From Escherichia phage ERS-1: a DNA stretch of 64,000 nt. Positions 24,079-36,419 of the stretch are shown here, piece after piece; the first letter of the stretch is position 1; every line of letters begins with the position of its first letter. The stretch lies in sequence record PP337211. One strand, written 5' to 3'. The notes below the pieces were generated by a model, which ran no database searches, was not told where the DNA came from, and saw only the letters and a list, made by a program, of their open reading frames with translations. Made by a program: the position numbers and the translations under genes.

Positions 24079-24637
24079 TTACCATTCCAATGCTAGTTTT
24101 TTGAGTTGTTTCTGTTCTTTTACATTCTTAGTCACTTCTTTTAAAAAATCATCCGTGACTAAACCTTTTAGTTCTTTTAATACTAAAGGAAGTTTTCCAT
24201 TTTTAGTAAGAATTGATTTATAGTTAATTGCATCATTTGTATTAACTTGATACCGCTTAGCAAGTAACTTAATAATCAATACTTCGGTAGAATCTTCGAC
24301 CAGTTTTGCCCATTTACCATATCTTTACCACGAGGAACAGCAGCCATCAGATAATTAAAATGGGCTTCATCGCTTAAACCTGATCCAATTAAATTCATCG
24401 CATATACAGCTGGCATGCATTCAGGAAATTGTGATAATGCATTCTCAACCATGTATTTTGAATAAATCTTTTTGAGCAATAGAGCATTTAGTTTTATTAT
24501 TAATAGCTCCAATTATTTCAAAAAATTCATTTTCAGCTTTTTCCTTAAAAGAATCAGCAGCAGATTGGACAGCTGTCCAATCTTTTGAATACCAAGCAAC
24601 TTGATTTTTTTTAATTGAATATCATCTTCAAATAAGT
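24079..24637 (-). CDS. 62: Clamp-loader small subunit gp62, frame-disrupted
   Basis: Two ORFs (24276-24512, 24079-24279) plus upstream coding signal fill the ~187-codon interval between gene 44 and regA; the 4-nt ATGA stop/start overlap with regA is conserved. Confidence 0.65.
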
Positions 24638-24643
24638 TTGATA

Positions 24644-25618
24644 TCACTTCCACTGCATTTCGCATGCTAATTGAATGAAAAGATATGCTAAATGTAATTC
24701 CGTATTAGCCGCAATTCCATGATACTGGTTATTTTCACCAACAATTTCATACATACGAATAATACTTTGCGGAGTTACGCGTGTATAAATTTCTTCGGCA
24801 AGTTTACCTACGAACCACGAATAATCAGCTGCATATTTTGGCGCTAAAGCTCTGAGTTGTTTAACATCTTTATTTTTGAGAGATTCAAGAACATCATCAA
24901 TAGCACCACGATCGTTAGTAACCAATGATAAAATACCAGCATCCAAAACACCTTTAGATGAATAACTATCGAGCTCGCCAATAGTTTTACGAAAATCAGG
25001 AAAATTCTTTTTAACCAAAGCTGCTACAACTTTCATATCAGCTATAGCAATTCCTTCATGCTTACAGATTTCAGTCAATCGACGAATCATCTGCTTCATC
25101 ATTTCAATTTTATCTTCATCGGTTGGTTGACCGAATGTAATAACTCGGCAGCGTGACTGAAGCGGTTTAATAATACCATCAATATTGTTAGCAGTAATAA
25201 TAATACTACAGTTTGAACTATAAGCTTCCATAAAGGAACGAAGATGTCGCTGAGACTCTGCTAACCCTGAACGGTCAAATTCATCAATAACGATTACTTT
25301 TTGACGACCATCAAATGAAGCTGCACTAGCAAAATTAGTCAAAGGACCACGAACGAAATCAATTTTACAATCTGACCCATTCACAAACATCATATCAGCA
25401 TTTACATCATGACACAATGCTTTTGCTACAGTTGTCTTACCTGTTCCTGGAGAAGGAGAATGAAGAATAATATGTGGAATTTTACCTTTACTTGTAATAG
25501 ATTTAAAGGTTTCTTTATCAAAGGCGGGAAGAATACATTCATCGATAGTAGATGGACGATATTTCTGTTCAAGAATGTGTTCTTTTTCATTTACAGTAAT
25601 CATAATTTCCTCATTCAA
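24644..25618 (-). CDS. 44: Clamp-loader ATPase gp44 (AAA+)
   Basis: Intact 324-aa ORF; Walker A SPSPGTGKTT, Walker B VIVIDEFD, SRC motif (QSRCRVI). Confidence 0.85.
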   Translation of the reverse strand: MNEEIMITVNEKEHILEQKYRPSTIDECILPAFDKETFKSITSKGKIPHIILHSPSPGTGKTTVAKALCHDVNADMMFVNGSDCKIDFVRGPLTNFASAASFDGRQKVIVIDEFDRSGLAESQRHLRSFMEAYSSNCSIIITANNIDGIIKPLQSRCRVITFGQPTDEDKIEMMKQMIRRLTEICKHEGIAIADMKVVAALVKKNFPDFRKTIGELDSYSSKGVLDAGILSLVTNDRGAIDDVLESLKNKDVKQLRALAPKYAADYSWFVGKLAEEIYTRVTPQSIIRMYEIVGENNQYHGIAANTELHLAYLFIQLACEMQWK

Positions 25619-25652
25619 GTTTTAGTGTAAATTTAAGGGCCGAAGCCCTTTA

Positions 25653-26340
25653 TTAAAAATCGTGGGTAGAATCAGCTTCAAGAGCTACTACATAATTCGC
25701 ATGTTCACCTTCAAATTTAGCAGCACCTTGTTTACCTTTTGCCCAGAGCAGAAGTTTATAATTTCCTGGTTGCATTTTCATATTTGCCATATTGATAATG
25801 AAATTAAATGTATTTTCACCATCATAATCACCAAGAGTCAAAGAATATTTAACACGGGTCAAAGCAGAATCTTCTACTTTGTTAAAACCGTTAATTACAA
25901 TTTTACCTTCTTTTACTGTGATAGCAATTGTATCAATCTGCAGACCACGAGATACACGCAACAAAGTTGTTGAAGGTCTTCAGCTTTAATTTCAGTAACA
26001 ACAGATGCTACCGGGAATGGAATTGGTTTATTAGGAGCAACTACTGTACTCGGATCGGCTGCTGGCCAAAAAATTGTTGAACGAGCATCAGCAATTTTAA
26101 TATTTCCATCTTCTGACTGGGAAATTTCTGCATCATCATTAACTAGAGACAGAATACCGAGAAAACCGTTCAAATCGTAAATTGCTACATCGAAATCAAT
26201 AACGTCAGAAATATTTGCTTCCGCATAAGTTGTACCATTAACTGCGCGAGTCATAATAAATTGACCAGATTTAAGCATAATACCAGAGTTAATAGTAGCG
26301 AAATTTTCAAAATATTCAGAGTGTCTTTAGATAATTTCAT
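25653..26340 (-). CDS. 45: Sliding clamp gp45, frame-disrupted
   Basis: ORFs 25913-26278 and 25653-25964 match recalled T4 gp45 (..MLKSGQFIMTRAVNGTTYAEANISDVIDFDVAIYDLNGFLG.., C-terminal ..ALEADSTHDF); N-terminus MKLSKD at 26340 lies in a third frame. Confidence 0.8.
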
Positions 26341-26457
26341 TTAATTTCCTTCAATTCAAATGAGAATTTAATTTTATAACTAATCTAATAAAGCAATTAA
26401 CGATTAAAATCGGCAGCAATTGTTTCCGCAACAATTTGAGCAGCAACAATTAGACGT

Positions 26458-26787
26458 TCATCTCGCATTGCCACAATAATCATCTTCAAGGCGTTCACCA
26501 CATGAAGTCATAATAAATTTAGCACCAGCATTTAAAGATTCTGTCGTATGTTTGCGCATTAGTTCAATCCATTTATTACTTACTTCACGATCGATAGCTT
26601 CATAATACGCATGACGAGCAGGTGCAGATTTAATTTTGCTCTGAATAACTTCCATCGCGTTATCAGAAAGAGACAAAACCCATGCTCGACGAATTTTATT
26701 TTGGTTTTGCGGATTTGATTCAGAACGCACGTGTTTTGGCTGAATATCTTTTACATCAACAGTATAATTCACAGTAATTTTAGTCAT
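26458..26787 (-). CDS. rpbA: RNA polymerase-binding protein RpbA
   Basis: 109-aa ORF immediately downstream of gene 45, as in T4; sequence only partly recalled. Confidence 0.5.
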   Translation of the reverse strand: MTKITVNYTVDVKDIQPKHVRSESNPQNQNKIRRAWVLSLSDNAMEVIQSKIKSAPARHAYYEAIDREVSNKWIELMRKHTTESLNAGAKFIMTSCGERLEDDYCGNAR

Positions 26788-26796
26788 AATACACCT

Positions 26797-26985
26797 TTAG
26801 TCATAATAATCAGTAACAGTCCAAGCTTCATTTCTGTTGGACATTATTTTCGTATATTCTGATTTAAATGCATTCTTAAGCATAGATTCAGTAACTATAT
26901 GCTCTTCATTAGAAAAATTATTTCTCAGAATATATCGTTTTATTTCAGGAATAGTTAATAGATGCTGTCCAGTTGAATATTCCAT
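26797..26985 (-). CDS. Hypothetical small protein (45.2 position)
   Basis: 62-aa ORF. Confidence 0.3.
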   Translation of the reverse strand: MEYSTGQHLLTIPEIKRYILRNNFSNEEHIVTESMLKNAFKSEYTKIMSNRNEAWTVTDYYD

Positions 26986-27040
26986 GTTTTTCCTCCATAG
27001 AGATTATACTCTAATAAATTAAAGCATAATCTCTTATAAA

Positions 27041-28724
27041 TTAAACCATTACAGTAAACCGACCAACTTTCTTCATTTGAAGATGCTGACCATATTCTTG
27101 CGGGTCATGGTCTTTATGCGAAATTATAAAAACATTAGTATTTTTCATTGAATTTATAATATTAGCTACACCTTTAATACCTTCGGCATCAAATGACCCA
27201 TCAAACACTTCATCAAGAATTAATGTACTAATACTAACACCAGATACGATAGAAGCAATATCACGCCAAGTAAATAAAAGAGCAATATCGATTCGTGCTT
27301 TTTCACCTTCACTAAATGAAGCATAACTAAAATCTTCACGACCACGGGATTTAATTGTCTCATTAAATTCTTCATCTAATGTAAACACATAATCCGCTTC
27401 CATTATTTTAAGATAATGGTTAATCTGCTTATTAAATAATGGAATGTACTTTTTAATAATAGCACCTTTAATACCAGAATCTTTGAGCATATCAGTCAAA
27501 ATTCCTCTGTGGTATTTTTCCATTACTAAATTAGTTTTCGTCTTAACAATTTTATCAAGTTCTTCTTGAAGCAGTGCTATTTCATCAGCATGGTCAATAA
27601 ACTCGGATGATGCTTTTTCTATAGCTGCTTTAACTTTTTTAGCTTTATCTACCGTCGTGATTAGAGATTGCTTTTTATTGCGAATATCATTCGCCAACGT
27701 CTGCTGGGTTTTAATATTATCTCGGTATTCATCAACGAGAACTTTTAAATTATCACGATGTGTTGAAAGCTGTTCAAACGAATGTGTGCATTCAGAAACT
27801 TTATCTTTAATTTTAGAAACAACTTTATCACCGGAACTTAATTGTGACAAACAGGTTGGACATAATCCACCTTCGTGATACATATTAATGACTTTATTAT
27901 ACGAGTCAATTTTTGATTTAATTAAAAATGCTTCTTGACCGATTTTATTAAATGCATCAGTCTGGGTCTTCATCCAAAACAATATTAACTAATCTTTCAT
28001 TAGTTTCTTCTATTTCCGATTTTAATTTTCTAGTTTCTTTTGCCAAATCATCATACATATTCTGCAGACGAGTAAGGTTATCACCAGTTAATTTTTTCTG
28101 GCGTTCAACGTTATCATTATATATTTTAATTTGTTGGATAATACTATCTTTTTTAACATCAAGCACTTGGTTTTGTGAATTTAATTCACGTATTAGTGCT
28201 TTATTAAGCTTATCCATTTCAGCTAATGTTCCTACCTCGAGCAGGTCTTCCACAAGCTTTCTTCGCGCAGGGGTCGACAAACCCATGAAAGGGGTATACC
28301 CTGCTGTACCAAGGACAACAATCTGTTTGAAACTGGCATATGACATTCCGATAAGCTGTTCAAATTCTGCTTGGAAATCTTTACTGCTGGCAGATTCATT
28401 AAGACGTGTACCGTTAACGGTGATTTCGAAAACGTTTGGTTTTTGTCCTCTTTTGATATAGTACTTTTTCTCATCATATTCCATCCACAGTTCAACTAAA
28501 AGTTCTTTCTTATTTGTGCTGTTTATTAATTGGCCTTTCTTTACATCACGGAATGGCTTGCCAAAAAGCCCAAATGTGATGGCTTCTAACATAGTAGACT
28601 TACCACCGCCATTTCGTCCAGTAATAAGAGTTTTTTGAACCTTATCTAATTGAATGTCAACTCCATTTTGACCAACTGACATTATATTTTTATATTTTAC
28701 TCTATTAAGTTTAAAATTCTTCAC
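27041..28724 (-). CDS. 46: Recombination endonuclease subunit gp46 (SbcC/Rad50-like ATPase), one frameshift
   Basis: N-terminal ORF with Walker A GRNGGGKST; C-terminal ORF with coiled-coil region, signature motif (SFSEGEKARIDIALLF) and Walker B (LILDEVFD); total ~560 codons. Confidence 0.85.
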
Positions 28725-28984
28725 AAAAGATTCCTTTTAATGTATCTTTTAGACCATTCTATCATATCATCATAATCTAAAAAGTATTCATCAAATTCAG
28801 CCATGCAAACAACACCTTGCGCTGCTTTTGATGTGATATAAATTATTCCAACATATCTAGAATCTTCTTCGGTGTAATCAATATTTGCTATGAATTCATC
28901 GTTAATGTCAAATGTCGAAAACTTCACAGTATGCATCCTTAATACAAGATACAGCCATATCTTGTAATGATTTAGGTGTATCAT
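28721..28984 (-). CDS. Hypothetical small protein (46.1 position)
   Basis: 87-aa ORF. Confidence 0.3.
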   Translation of the reverse strand: MIHLNHYKIWLYLVLRMHTVKFSTFDINDEFIANIDYTEEDSRYVGIIYITSKAAQGVVCMAEFDEYFLDYDDMIEWSKRYIKRNLL

Positions 28985-29171
28985 TATCTAAAATGTTGAA
29001 GTTAAAAGATACAGCCCAGTCAGTGCAGACCGTAACCTTTTTAATACAATTATCTTCAACCTCTAGCGGTTCAAACCAATATTCAATAATTTCTTTATGC
29101 CCAATATCATCTTTTACTTCGCATTCAAAATGCTGACTCATCATAACATTTTTAAATTCATCAAAAGTCAT
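28908..29171 (-). CDS. Hypothetical small protein (46.2 position)
   Basis: 87-aa ORF. Confidence 0.3.
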   Translation of the reverse strand: MTFDEFKNVMMSQHFECEVKDDIGHKEIIEYWFEPLEVEDNCIKKVTVCTDWAVSFNFNILDNDTPKSLQDMAVSCIKDAYCEVFDI

Positions 29172-30191
29172 TGTGTTGCCTCTACATATAACTGATTTGC
29201 ATATTGAATAAGTGCTTCGCGGTCAGAATCAGTGATGTCTGGAATTGCATTAATGTATTCTTCCATCAACGTCTGAAGAGATTGAACTTCAACTTCTTCA
29301 CTATCATCTGACTCGACAGAGTTATCAATCTTTGACACAACTCGTAATGAATGCACAACTTTTTCTAGTTCAGATTCGAACTTCGTTAGATTTTTGTCTA
29401 CTTCAGTTACTATAACACGTACTGATAGATTTGTAAAATCTTTATAGTCAATTTTTCCCTTAAATGGATATTGAATTCGACGATGCCAGGTGGTGTTGTT
29501 TGGAATAAATTCCATTCGTTCTGTTTCTGTATCAAACATCCAGAACCCGCGAGGGTCATTCTCGTCACCTGCAGTTAGTGTCCATGGTGTCCCAATATAT
29601 CTGACGTTAGCAGCCTCAGAGATAGTATGGAAGTGACCAGACCACACCTCTTTATAAGTCTTAAGGAAATCAGGTTCAAGACCGTGAGATTTCATTCCTT
29701 TATAAAAATAAAATCCATTCAGTTCCCAGTGACCAACACAAAAAGAAGCAGATGAAGTTTTGATGTGTTCAAGAATTTCACCAGTATTTTCTTCACACAT
29801 CCAAGGAATTAAATCAATCAAACATCCGTCAAAATCTACTGTAGTAGGCTTATCATATACTTTAACATTAGGATATTTAGCCAAAAGCTCAGTAGAGGCA
29901 TTTGGATGCATTACATTTTTATAGTGGAGATCGTGATTTCCTACAATAGTGTGTAATGTAGACAATTCCAGCATCATCAAGCGTTTGAACTATTTCACGA
30001 GCAAACTCCATAGTTTTATGTGTGATTGCTTTTCGCACATCAAAAATATCACCGTATTGAATCCAGGTAGTAATTCCATTTTTCTTAGAATATTCTATCG
30101 CTTGCTTAATTCCGTCAATTTGAATACCGCGAATCCACTCATCATCAGCTTTAACGCCTAAATGCCAATCACCTAAATTTAAAATTTTCAT
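29168..30191 (-). CDS. 47: Recombination nuclease subunit gp47 (SbcD/Mre11-like metallophosphoesterase), one frameshift
   Basis: N-terminal ORF MKILNLGDWHLG (phosphoesterase motif I), downstream ORF with ..VGNHDLHY.. (GNHD motif); total ~340 codons. Confidence 0.85.
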
Positions 30192-30206
30192 GGTGTCTTT
30201 TCCATC

Positions 30207-30900
30207 CTAATTTAGCTGCTTTTGAAACCAGTTCTTTAATTTTTCCTTTGTCCATTCAGGACCAGGAGGTTCATGACATAACATTTGCTTAACTCCGTTA
30301 TTATACCATTTTTTACCTTTATTATGTGATGAAGCTTTAAATTTATTTGACCTTCCTTTTACATAACCTTCTGAATATAAGGCAAAAAGGGCAGATTTTC
30401 CTGTTAATGGATCATGTGAATGTATATTTCCTTTACAATTATGAGAACCATATAATGGATGATTTTTGTCCTTTATTATCTCTTCCAAATGAACCTTTTG
30501 GAGCAGCATATGACATATTAAAGAATAATGGATTTTTAACTGCATCATGCAATCGTTGATAATATAACTCGCATTTAATAGCTTCTTCACGCGTATCAAA
30601 TTCAGCTAAAATGCATGAATCAAATAAGTGAGGATTATCTGAAAGCTCTTTATTATAAATTTTCTTATACTTTTTAGATAAAAACTGAACCATGATATCC
30701 AGCTAAATGCCTATCTAAAGACGTAGATCCAATATAAAAAGGAGGAAGTTTATCTCCACTATATATTGTTAAATAAGTTATATATTTTTCATATATCAAG
30801 AACCGTCATTGAAATGCAAAATAAAATTATTGAAATAAATCCATCTGGAGTGCTAAAGAACCCAATCCAACATGCTCTGGTGAATAGATAAAATGCAAGA
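30207..30900 (-). CDS. Homing-endonuclease-like protein (GIY-YIG/Seg-type features), frame-disrupted
   Basis: ORF 30439-30693 ends in a GIY-YIG-domain-like segment (..AEFDTREEAIKCELYYQRLHD..); ORF 30207-30599 carries a KxWYNNG-type motif common in phage GIY-YIG endonuclease linkers; free-standing position between 47 and a-gt. Confidence 0.35.
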
Positions 30901-30970
30901 AAAAGTATCACATATCCAAGAAATATCATTATATCAAACTCCCGTATAAAGCTAAAGGGCCGAAAGCCCT

Positions 30971-32173
30971 TTATTTTGTAATAATGTCAAACTGTTCTTT
31001 AAAGCAGAAGCTTGAATCTTGATGCTGATACAAAAATTCATACGCTTTTTCGCGTTCACGGTCATAAAGAGCTCGGTCAGATGACAGTTCTTTAATACGT
31101 TCGAATGTCGATTCCATGTCATTTTCATCAAACCAAATGATACCGCTATCATGTGAGGTCAAAGGAGTATTATCAACACGGAATTTTAAATTTTCGCCAG
31201 TAGATTTCCAAAAACAGGAATTGTACCGCAAGCACCTAATTCAAGATGAGTATATTCGAGTGAGCGTTGTAGATATTTTTATCTAATTTACTCAGCTGAT
31301 AACCAAAGCCGGATTTACTCATGCGTTCAAGCATTTCGCTATTTACATAACGGTCAAGAATTTGCGTTGGCAAATTAGGAGCAATTTTAATTTGATCTAC
31401 TTGATGAAGACCGTAATATTCATACGGAATACCTTTTTCCTTAATTGCAATAAAAGCAGGGGAAACGTTCAAGACCTTCCAATACAGTGGATTTACCAGC
31501 AGGTTTTAAGAATTTTTCATGAAAATCAAACATCTGATAAAAACCTTTCCATGTAGTCGTACGACCAATCCAACGGTTGACATTCATGTTAATTTCAGAA
31601 ACATCTTTCCAGTAGGTTGATCGAACTTTCGCAATATCCATAGGAGGCTGAAAGTTGTATACGGTCGGTGCTTCTTCAATATCATCAAACAGAGAAACCG
31701 TTTCTGGATACCATTCTTTCATCAGAACTTTATTAAAATCGCCATTATCAGAATGACTAAAAATAACATCAGCTCGACGAACAGTTTCTTCTAATCCCAA
31801 ATTTCGGCGCAAAGAAAGCACAGAATGATCATGTTGATAAACTACAACACGAATAGAAGGTTTAATATTATCTAAAAGTTTTTTATAGTTATTAATCGTA
31901 GCTTCTTGAACGGAAGTAGCAGGAACAGAATTAATAATTAGAATATCACAATCATTTACCAGTCTTAAGTGCTTTATCGTATTCTTTAGCTAAAATAACT
32001 GGAATTGAAAATGATTTGTGGTCATGAGAACTTGTACGAGTAAATGATTTATCTTTAGCATAAACCAAAGTTACTTCATGACCATTTTTAATAAACCAAT
32101 CACGTTGCTCAAGAGAAAATTTAGTTACGCCACAACCTTCAAGACCTCGAGCCATAAAAATACATACTTTCAT
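30971..32173 (-). CDS. agt: DNA alpha-glucosyltransferase, frame-disrupted into at least 4 ORFs
   Basis: ORFs 31952-32173 (MKVCIFMARGLEGCGVTKFSLEQRDWFIKNGHEVTLVYAK..), 31441-31821, 31236-31472 and 30971-31231 follow recalled T4 alpha-gt in order; total 1203 nt matches the 400-aa protein. Confidence 0.7.
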
Positions 32174-32197
32174 TTAATATCCTCATTGTTTTGGTTT

Positions 32198-32224
32198 ATT
32201 TTACCAAAAAATTTATAAAGCAAT
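32198..32224 (-). promoter_or_regulatory. Candidate T4 middle (MotA-dependent) promoter upstream of a-gt
   Basis: Minus strand reads ATTGCTTTA (MotA-box-like) then 12 nt then TAAAAT (-10); ends ~25 nt upstream of the a-gt start with a GAGGA RBS between. Confidence 0.4.
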
Positions 32225-32587
32225 ATAGGAGCCGAAGCTCCTATCCGCATAATACACCATACAGAGGCTCATTAGAGCTTCTAAATTTTATACGCTTATA
32301 TGTTATAGTTCCTTCCGCTTTAGCTTTATCATGCGCCTCTTTAAAGCGCCTCATCATTTCTACTTTAGAGGAACGAATTTTATTATAATCTATTTCAGAA
32401 GTCTGGATGTTCATCTTTCACAGTTGCCACCATTTTTTGACTTGATAAGAATCAACCCACACTTTTATTAGGGTCTGCTCTTACAATAGGAGGATTAACT
32501 TCTTTAATTGAACTATCGTGGTATTCTTTTTCAGAAATTTTCACGCAAAGATGACCATTCAAAGATTCAGTAAATCCTGCATTAATT

Positions 32588-32905
32588 TTAAGACGCTTGA
32601 ATTTTACGTGTGTAAGCATCAATCATATCCTCAATCTGCGATCTAGTAGTCTTCCAAAGAATACTAATAAGTTCATCGTTATATGGCTGTTTTAGAATAT
32701 CCCGACTTTTCTTGATAGCATATTCGTATTGAGCAAAATTATTGTTTTCAGCTGCAATCTGAGCGTGCTTATAAAGACGGTTCAGTTCGCGTTTGTTTTT
32801 AGACAATAACTTATTTGCTTTTCTTTCTGCTTCAAGACGGTTCTTTTCTTCAATAGAAGAAATAAGCTTTTCCACTTCATCATTAATTTCGGGTTTATCA
32901 GTCAT
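32588..32905 (-). CDS. Hypothetical protein
   Basis: 105-aa ORF between gene 55 and a-gt. Confidence 0.3.
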   Translation of the reverse strand: MTDKPEINDEVEKLISSIEEKNRLEAERKANKLLSKNKRELNRLYKHAQIAAENNNFAQYEYAIKKSRDILKQPYNDELISILWKTTRSQIEDMIDAYTRKIQAS

Positions 32906-33109
32906 ATTATTTCTCTAATATAAAATAAAAATCATCATCTGTTAAATGATACCGATAGTTTAAAATTCTACACCATTAGATTTAAAAGCGGTATCATACG
33001 GATTTTCTGGATCAATATCAATGTCAAGAGCTAAAACTTCCCTGAGATACATTTTAAGTAAATAGGGAATAGCTTCAACTTCAGGTATTTCTTCCAAGAA
33101 TCCGGAGAG

Positions 33110-33667
33110 GTTAATCGTTAGCCTCATATAAAAAATCCAAACTAGGAGAATCGTCTACAACACTTTTCTTTCAGCCCCCGGTGTTCTATAGGTTGATTCT
33201 TCGTAATGCGTCATTTTATCGTAGATGTCTTGAATAAAAGTTTCATCTACTAACGCAACCATATCGTCGTCACGGCTGTCATAGACATTGTGAACGAAGT
33301 AACTATATTTCTTTGCAACTTCCTTACGTTCTTTTTTAATACGTTGGACGAATGCATTAAAACAAGCTTGAGTTATATACGCATGTGGGTTTTTATATTT
33401 CGTTTCATCAAAATTATGAAGCCCCTTAATAGAAGCTTCTATACCATCTGCAATCATTTCTTGTTTCCAAGATTGGGTGTATCCTGAAAAGTTGAAACGT
33501 TTAGATAAGCCTTCTGCAATAAGCATAATGGCTAATCCGATAGTATCATTCTGACGAACTACTTTATTTGGGTCTTTATTATTTGCTAATTCTGTTTTCC
33601 AATCAATAATAGCTTGTAAAAGCTCTTTATTGTTTACGTAATTATATTTAGGCTTAGTTTCTGACAT
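33110..33667 (-). CDS. 55: Late-transcription sigma factor gp55 (C-terminal frameshift)
   Basis: ORF 33155-33673 contains [31 protein letters not shown].. matching recalled T4 gp55; the last ~20 codons appear to continue in another frame. Confidence 0.75.
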
Positions 33668-33749
33668 TTTCACCTCTTAGCTCAATTCATAGATCTATTA
33701 TATCATAATATTTGAAGATCTATCTTAAAGCATAGAGGATGAATCAATT

Positions 33750-33965
33750 TCACACATTCATTAAGTTAGCCGCTTCAAGAGCTGCATCTAGTGAATCAAA
33801 TTGATCGACATATTCAATCAATTCGCCATAATTAGCGTATAACCACCATTGGCTAAATTCATACTCAAGGATGAATCCATTTCCTTCAATTTGAGTTAAA
33901 CCAATGCAGTTTGTATTTACTTCATATCCGGCAAGACGCAAATCGTTAATAAGAGCTTCGTTCAT
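33750..33965 (-). CDS. Hypothetical small protein (55.x position)
   Basis: 71-aa ORF. Confidence 0.3.
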   Translation of the reverse strand: MNEALINDLRLAGYEVNTNCIGLTQIEGNGFILEYEFSQWWLYANYGELIEYVDQFDSLDAALEAANLMNV

Positions 33966-33967
33966 AA

Positions 33968-34168
33968 TTATACCTTAGCAATTTTTAGGTCTGCAAATTT
34001 TTTCTTGCGTTGATTTTTCATGCGACGAATAGTCTTATCGGAAATTTCATGCTTTTGATAAGCTTTAGATTCTACACCAAAAGCTTTAACATCAAATTCT
34101 GACAAGATATATTGAACCAACAATTCACGGACAGTATTGCGTCCAATTTTCTGATCATTCTGTTTCAT
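33968..34168 (-). CDS. Hypothetical small basic protein
   Basis: 66-aa ORF. Confidence 0.3.
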   Translation of the reverse strand: MKQNDQKIGRNTVRELLVQYILSEFDVKAFGVESKAYQKHEISDKTIRRMKNQRKKKFADLKIAKV

Positions 34169-34546
34169 CGTCTGATGAAGCTTTTTCCCATTTATCCAAA
34201 ATTTGAGGAGTTACAATATCGCCTTTTCTAGCAAAGAAACTACTTTATCATATGCGTAAGAATTGATGGCGTTTTTAATTTGAATAGTCATACATTATCC
34301 TCAATTTCATTAAAATTTTATTATCCAAAAAGGGCCGAAGCCCTTAGCTAAACTGTTTGGCACCCTTCCAGCCTTCGTACATCATTGCGGCTGATATTAA
34401 TATTGCTCCTGAGCAACTTGAATATTTGTGATTCCAAAACCAGTTCAGAAAAACTTACCGTCATCAATACCCTGGGCTATCATATTTTCAAAGAACTGGC
34501 GACGAGCTTCAGCAATTCGTTGTGATAATTTAGATTCAGGATTCAT

Positions 34547-34961
34547 TTAAATTTTCCAGTTACCGTTTTCATCAATGAATTTAATCCAGTCATTTACTGA
34601 CCACTTAGTCGTATCGCCTTTTGGAGCAACATTTAAAGTGTATAATCCTTGTTTAAAAAGCATTCGTTTGATATTCATATTTTCCTCAGCTGTAACGATA
34701 GCACTCGTTTGATTTACGCTTAGCAACTCGTTGAGAAGTATTGTAATCAAAATCATCGTCAATGTAAACTGATTTTTTCAACTTTCTTACTTCACTACGC
34801 AATTGACGGTTTAGCTCATCTTTAACTTCTGAATCAATGCCTTTCATTCTACGCCATTTATCAGAGCGAAAAATGTTTTCAACCATATCTTTATGACTTA
34901 CACCATCAGGAGCTTTACGCTTTCCGAAATAGTCATAATCACGTACTTTTAAATCTTTCAA
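34547..34961 (-). CDS. Hypothetical protein(s), two overlapping ORFs, possibly one frameshifted gene
   Basis: ORFs 34686-34961 and 34547-34762 overlap in different frames. Confidence 0.25.
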
Positions 34962-35308
34962 CGGCGATACGTTTTACCCATGGAGTTTAATTTCCTTAGC
35001 AACTGAACTAAATACGGCACGATCGCAAATCATCTGTTTATTCCATTTAAGTACAGTATAATGAACATCTAGATCATCTACTGCTGTAACAATAACAATA
35101 TGTCCATTAACACGATAATACTGATCCCTTTTAATCTCTTTATCAACCATATCAATTCCTCAAAGGCAATTCATATGTTAATAATACCACAGTTTGAACT
35201 TCTTGTAAACAACTTTGTGAAAATTATTTTAGGGAACGATAAGAAGGGAACGATGGCTTAGAATGGTAATATACAGAATGTGAGAAAGAAAGGCCCAGAG
35301 GGCCCGTC

Positions 35309-35617
35309 TTAATCTTCTATGATATCTCTATCATATCCAAGTGAAATGAGAGTTTCTTTGAAGTGTTTAATGTTCTTTTGTCTAGAATCATTGATGAAAA
35401 TGACTGGATAACGAATGTTAAGAGATGTGAATCCAGCGCGTTTAGCAAGAGATACAATCAGTGGACGATCATACTCAATCTTACCATTATTTGTAAGAAC
35501 TTTATAGAAAGTAAAAGGAGCATTAAGCTCCTTTAGAAGTTTTGTAACTGATTGACATCCAGGACAACGACCTACTTCATCTGGAATTCCATAGACTTCA
35601 ATCTTGTTTTGTTTCAC
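35309..35617 (-). CDS. nrdH: Glutaredoxin-like NrdH
   Basis: 102-aa ORF with redox-active CPGC motif near the N-terminus (..VGRCPGCQSV..); immediately upstream of the nrdG/nrdD region as in T4. Confidence 0.65.
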   Translation of the reverse strand: MKQNKIEVYGIPDEVGRCPGCQSVTKLLKELNAPFTFYKVLTNNGKIEYDRPLIVSLAKRAGFTSLNIRYPVIFINDSRQKNIKHFKETLISLGYDRDIIED

Positions 35618-35619
35618 AA

Positions 35620-35832
35620 CTATTCCTTACTAAGAGCAGCATTCAGTTTGTTAGTAATTTTATCCAGACGCTCATTGAACTCGCTAGAAGACAGTCCTTT
35701 TTCTGGAGAAATCAAACTAATCACGAAAAATATAACAATAAAAGGAATAAGGAAAATAGCTCCAACTGTCATAAACAGAAAGAATGTTACAGTTGTAAGA
35801 AAATCAGCTAAACCTTTACGAAATTTATACAT
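35620..35832 (-). CDS. Small membrane protein
   Basis: 70-aa ORF with one long hydrophobic segment (FLTTVTFFLFMTVGAIFLIPFIVIFFVISLI). Confidence 0.35.
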   Translation of the reverse strand: MYKFRKGLADFLTTVTFFLFMTVGAIFLIPFIVIFFVISLISPEKGLSSSEFNERLDKITNKLNAALSKE

Positions 35833-35951
35833 ATTTTACCCTTAATTGATTAACCAAGCATTGATAAGCACTAAACTATACTGCGAATAAAATTCTGGAC
35901 CAAAATGAAAAATCATATCATTTATAGTGTCCACAATATAATTCAATTTAA

Positions 35952-36419
35952 TCATTTTCCCCACACCCCATCGGTATTTGACCAAAGTCGCTGATTATCT
36001 GATCCTCGCCACAACTTTTTGGTCGGAAGATTTTTCTCATACTTCCCATCAATAATAACATCAACATATTTAAGCATTTCTAGTTGTTTAATATCTTCAA
36101 ACTTATATCCTGTCCACAACCAAATGCTTTTATTGGGATAAAGATTTTTTACTGTTTGAACGATGCAATGAACAACATCTCGGTTATCAGGATAGAGAGG
36201 GTCTCCTCCAGTTATAGTTAATCCTTCTATATAATCATTATTCAAACATTCAATTAATTGCTCCAGTGTTTCACCAGTGAATGGAACGCCATTTCTAGCA
36301 TTCCAAGTACTACGATTATAACAACCTTCGCATTTATGCAAACAACCTGTAACGAAAAGAACGACCCTGCAACCAGGGCCATTCACAAAGCAGCACGGGT
36401 ATATTCTGTCATAATTCAT
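35952..36419 (-). CDS. nrdG: Anaerobic ribonucleotide reductase activating protein NrdG (radical SAM)
   Basis: 155-aa ORF; cysteine cluster CLHKCEGC (CxxxCxxC); length and position as T4 NrdG. Confidence 0.8.
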   Translation of the reverse strand: MNYDRIYPCCFVNGPGCRVVLFVTGCLHKCEGCYNRSTWNARNGVPFTGETLEQLIECLNNDYIEGLTITGGDPLYPDNRDVVHCIVQTVKNLYPNKSIWLWTGYKFEDIKQLEMLKYVDVIIDGKYEKNLPTKKLWRGSDNQRLWSNTDGVWGK

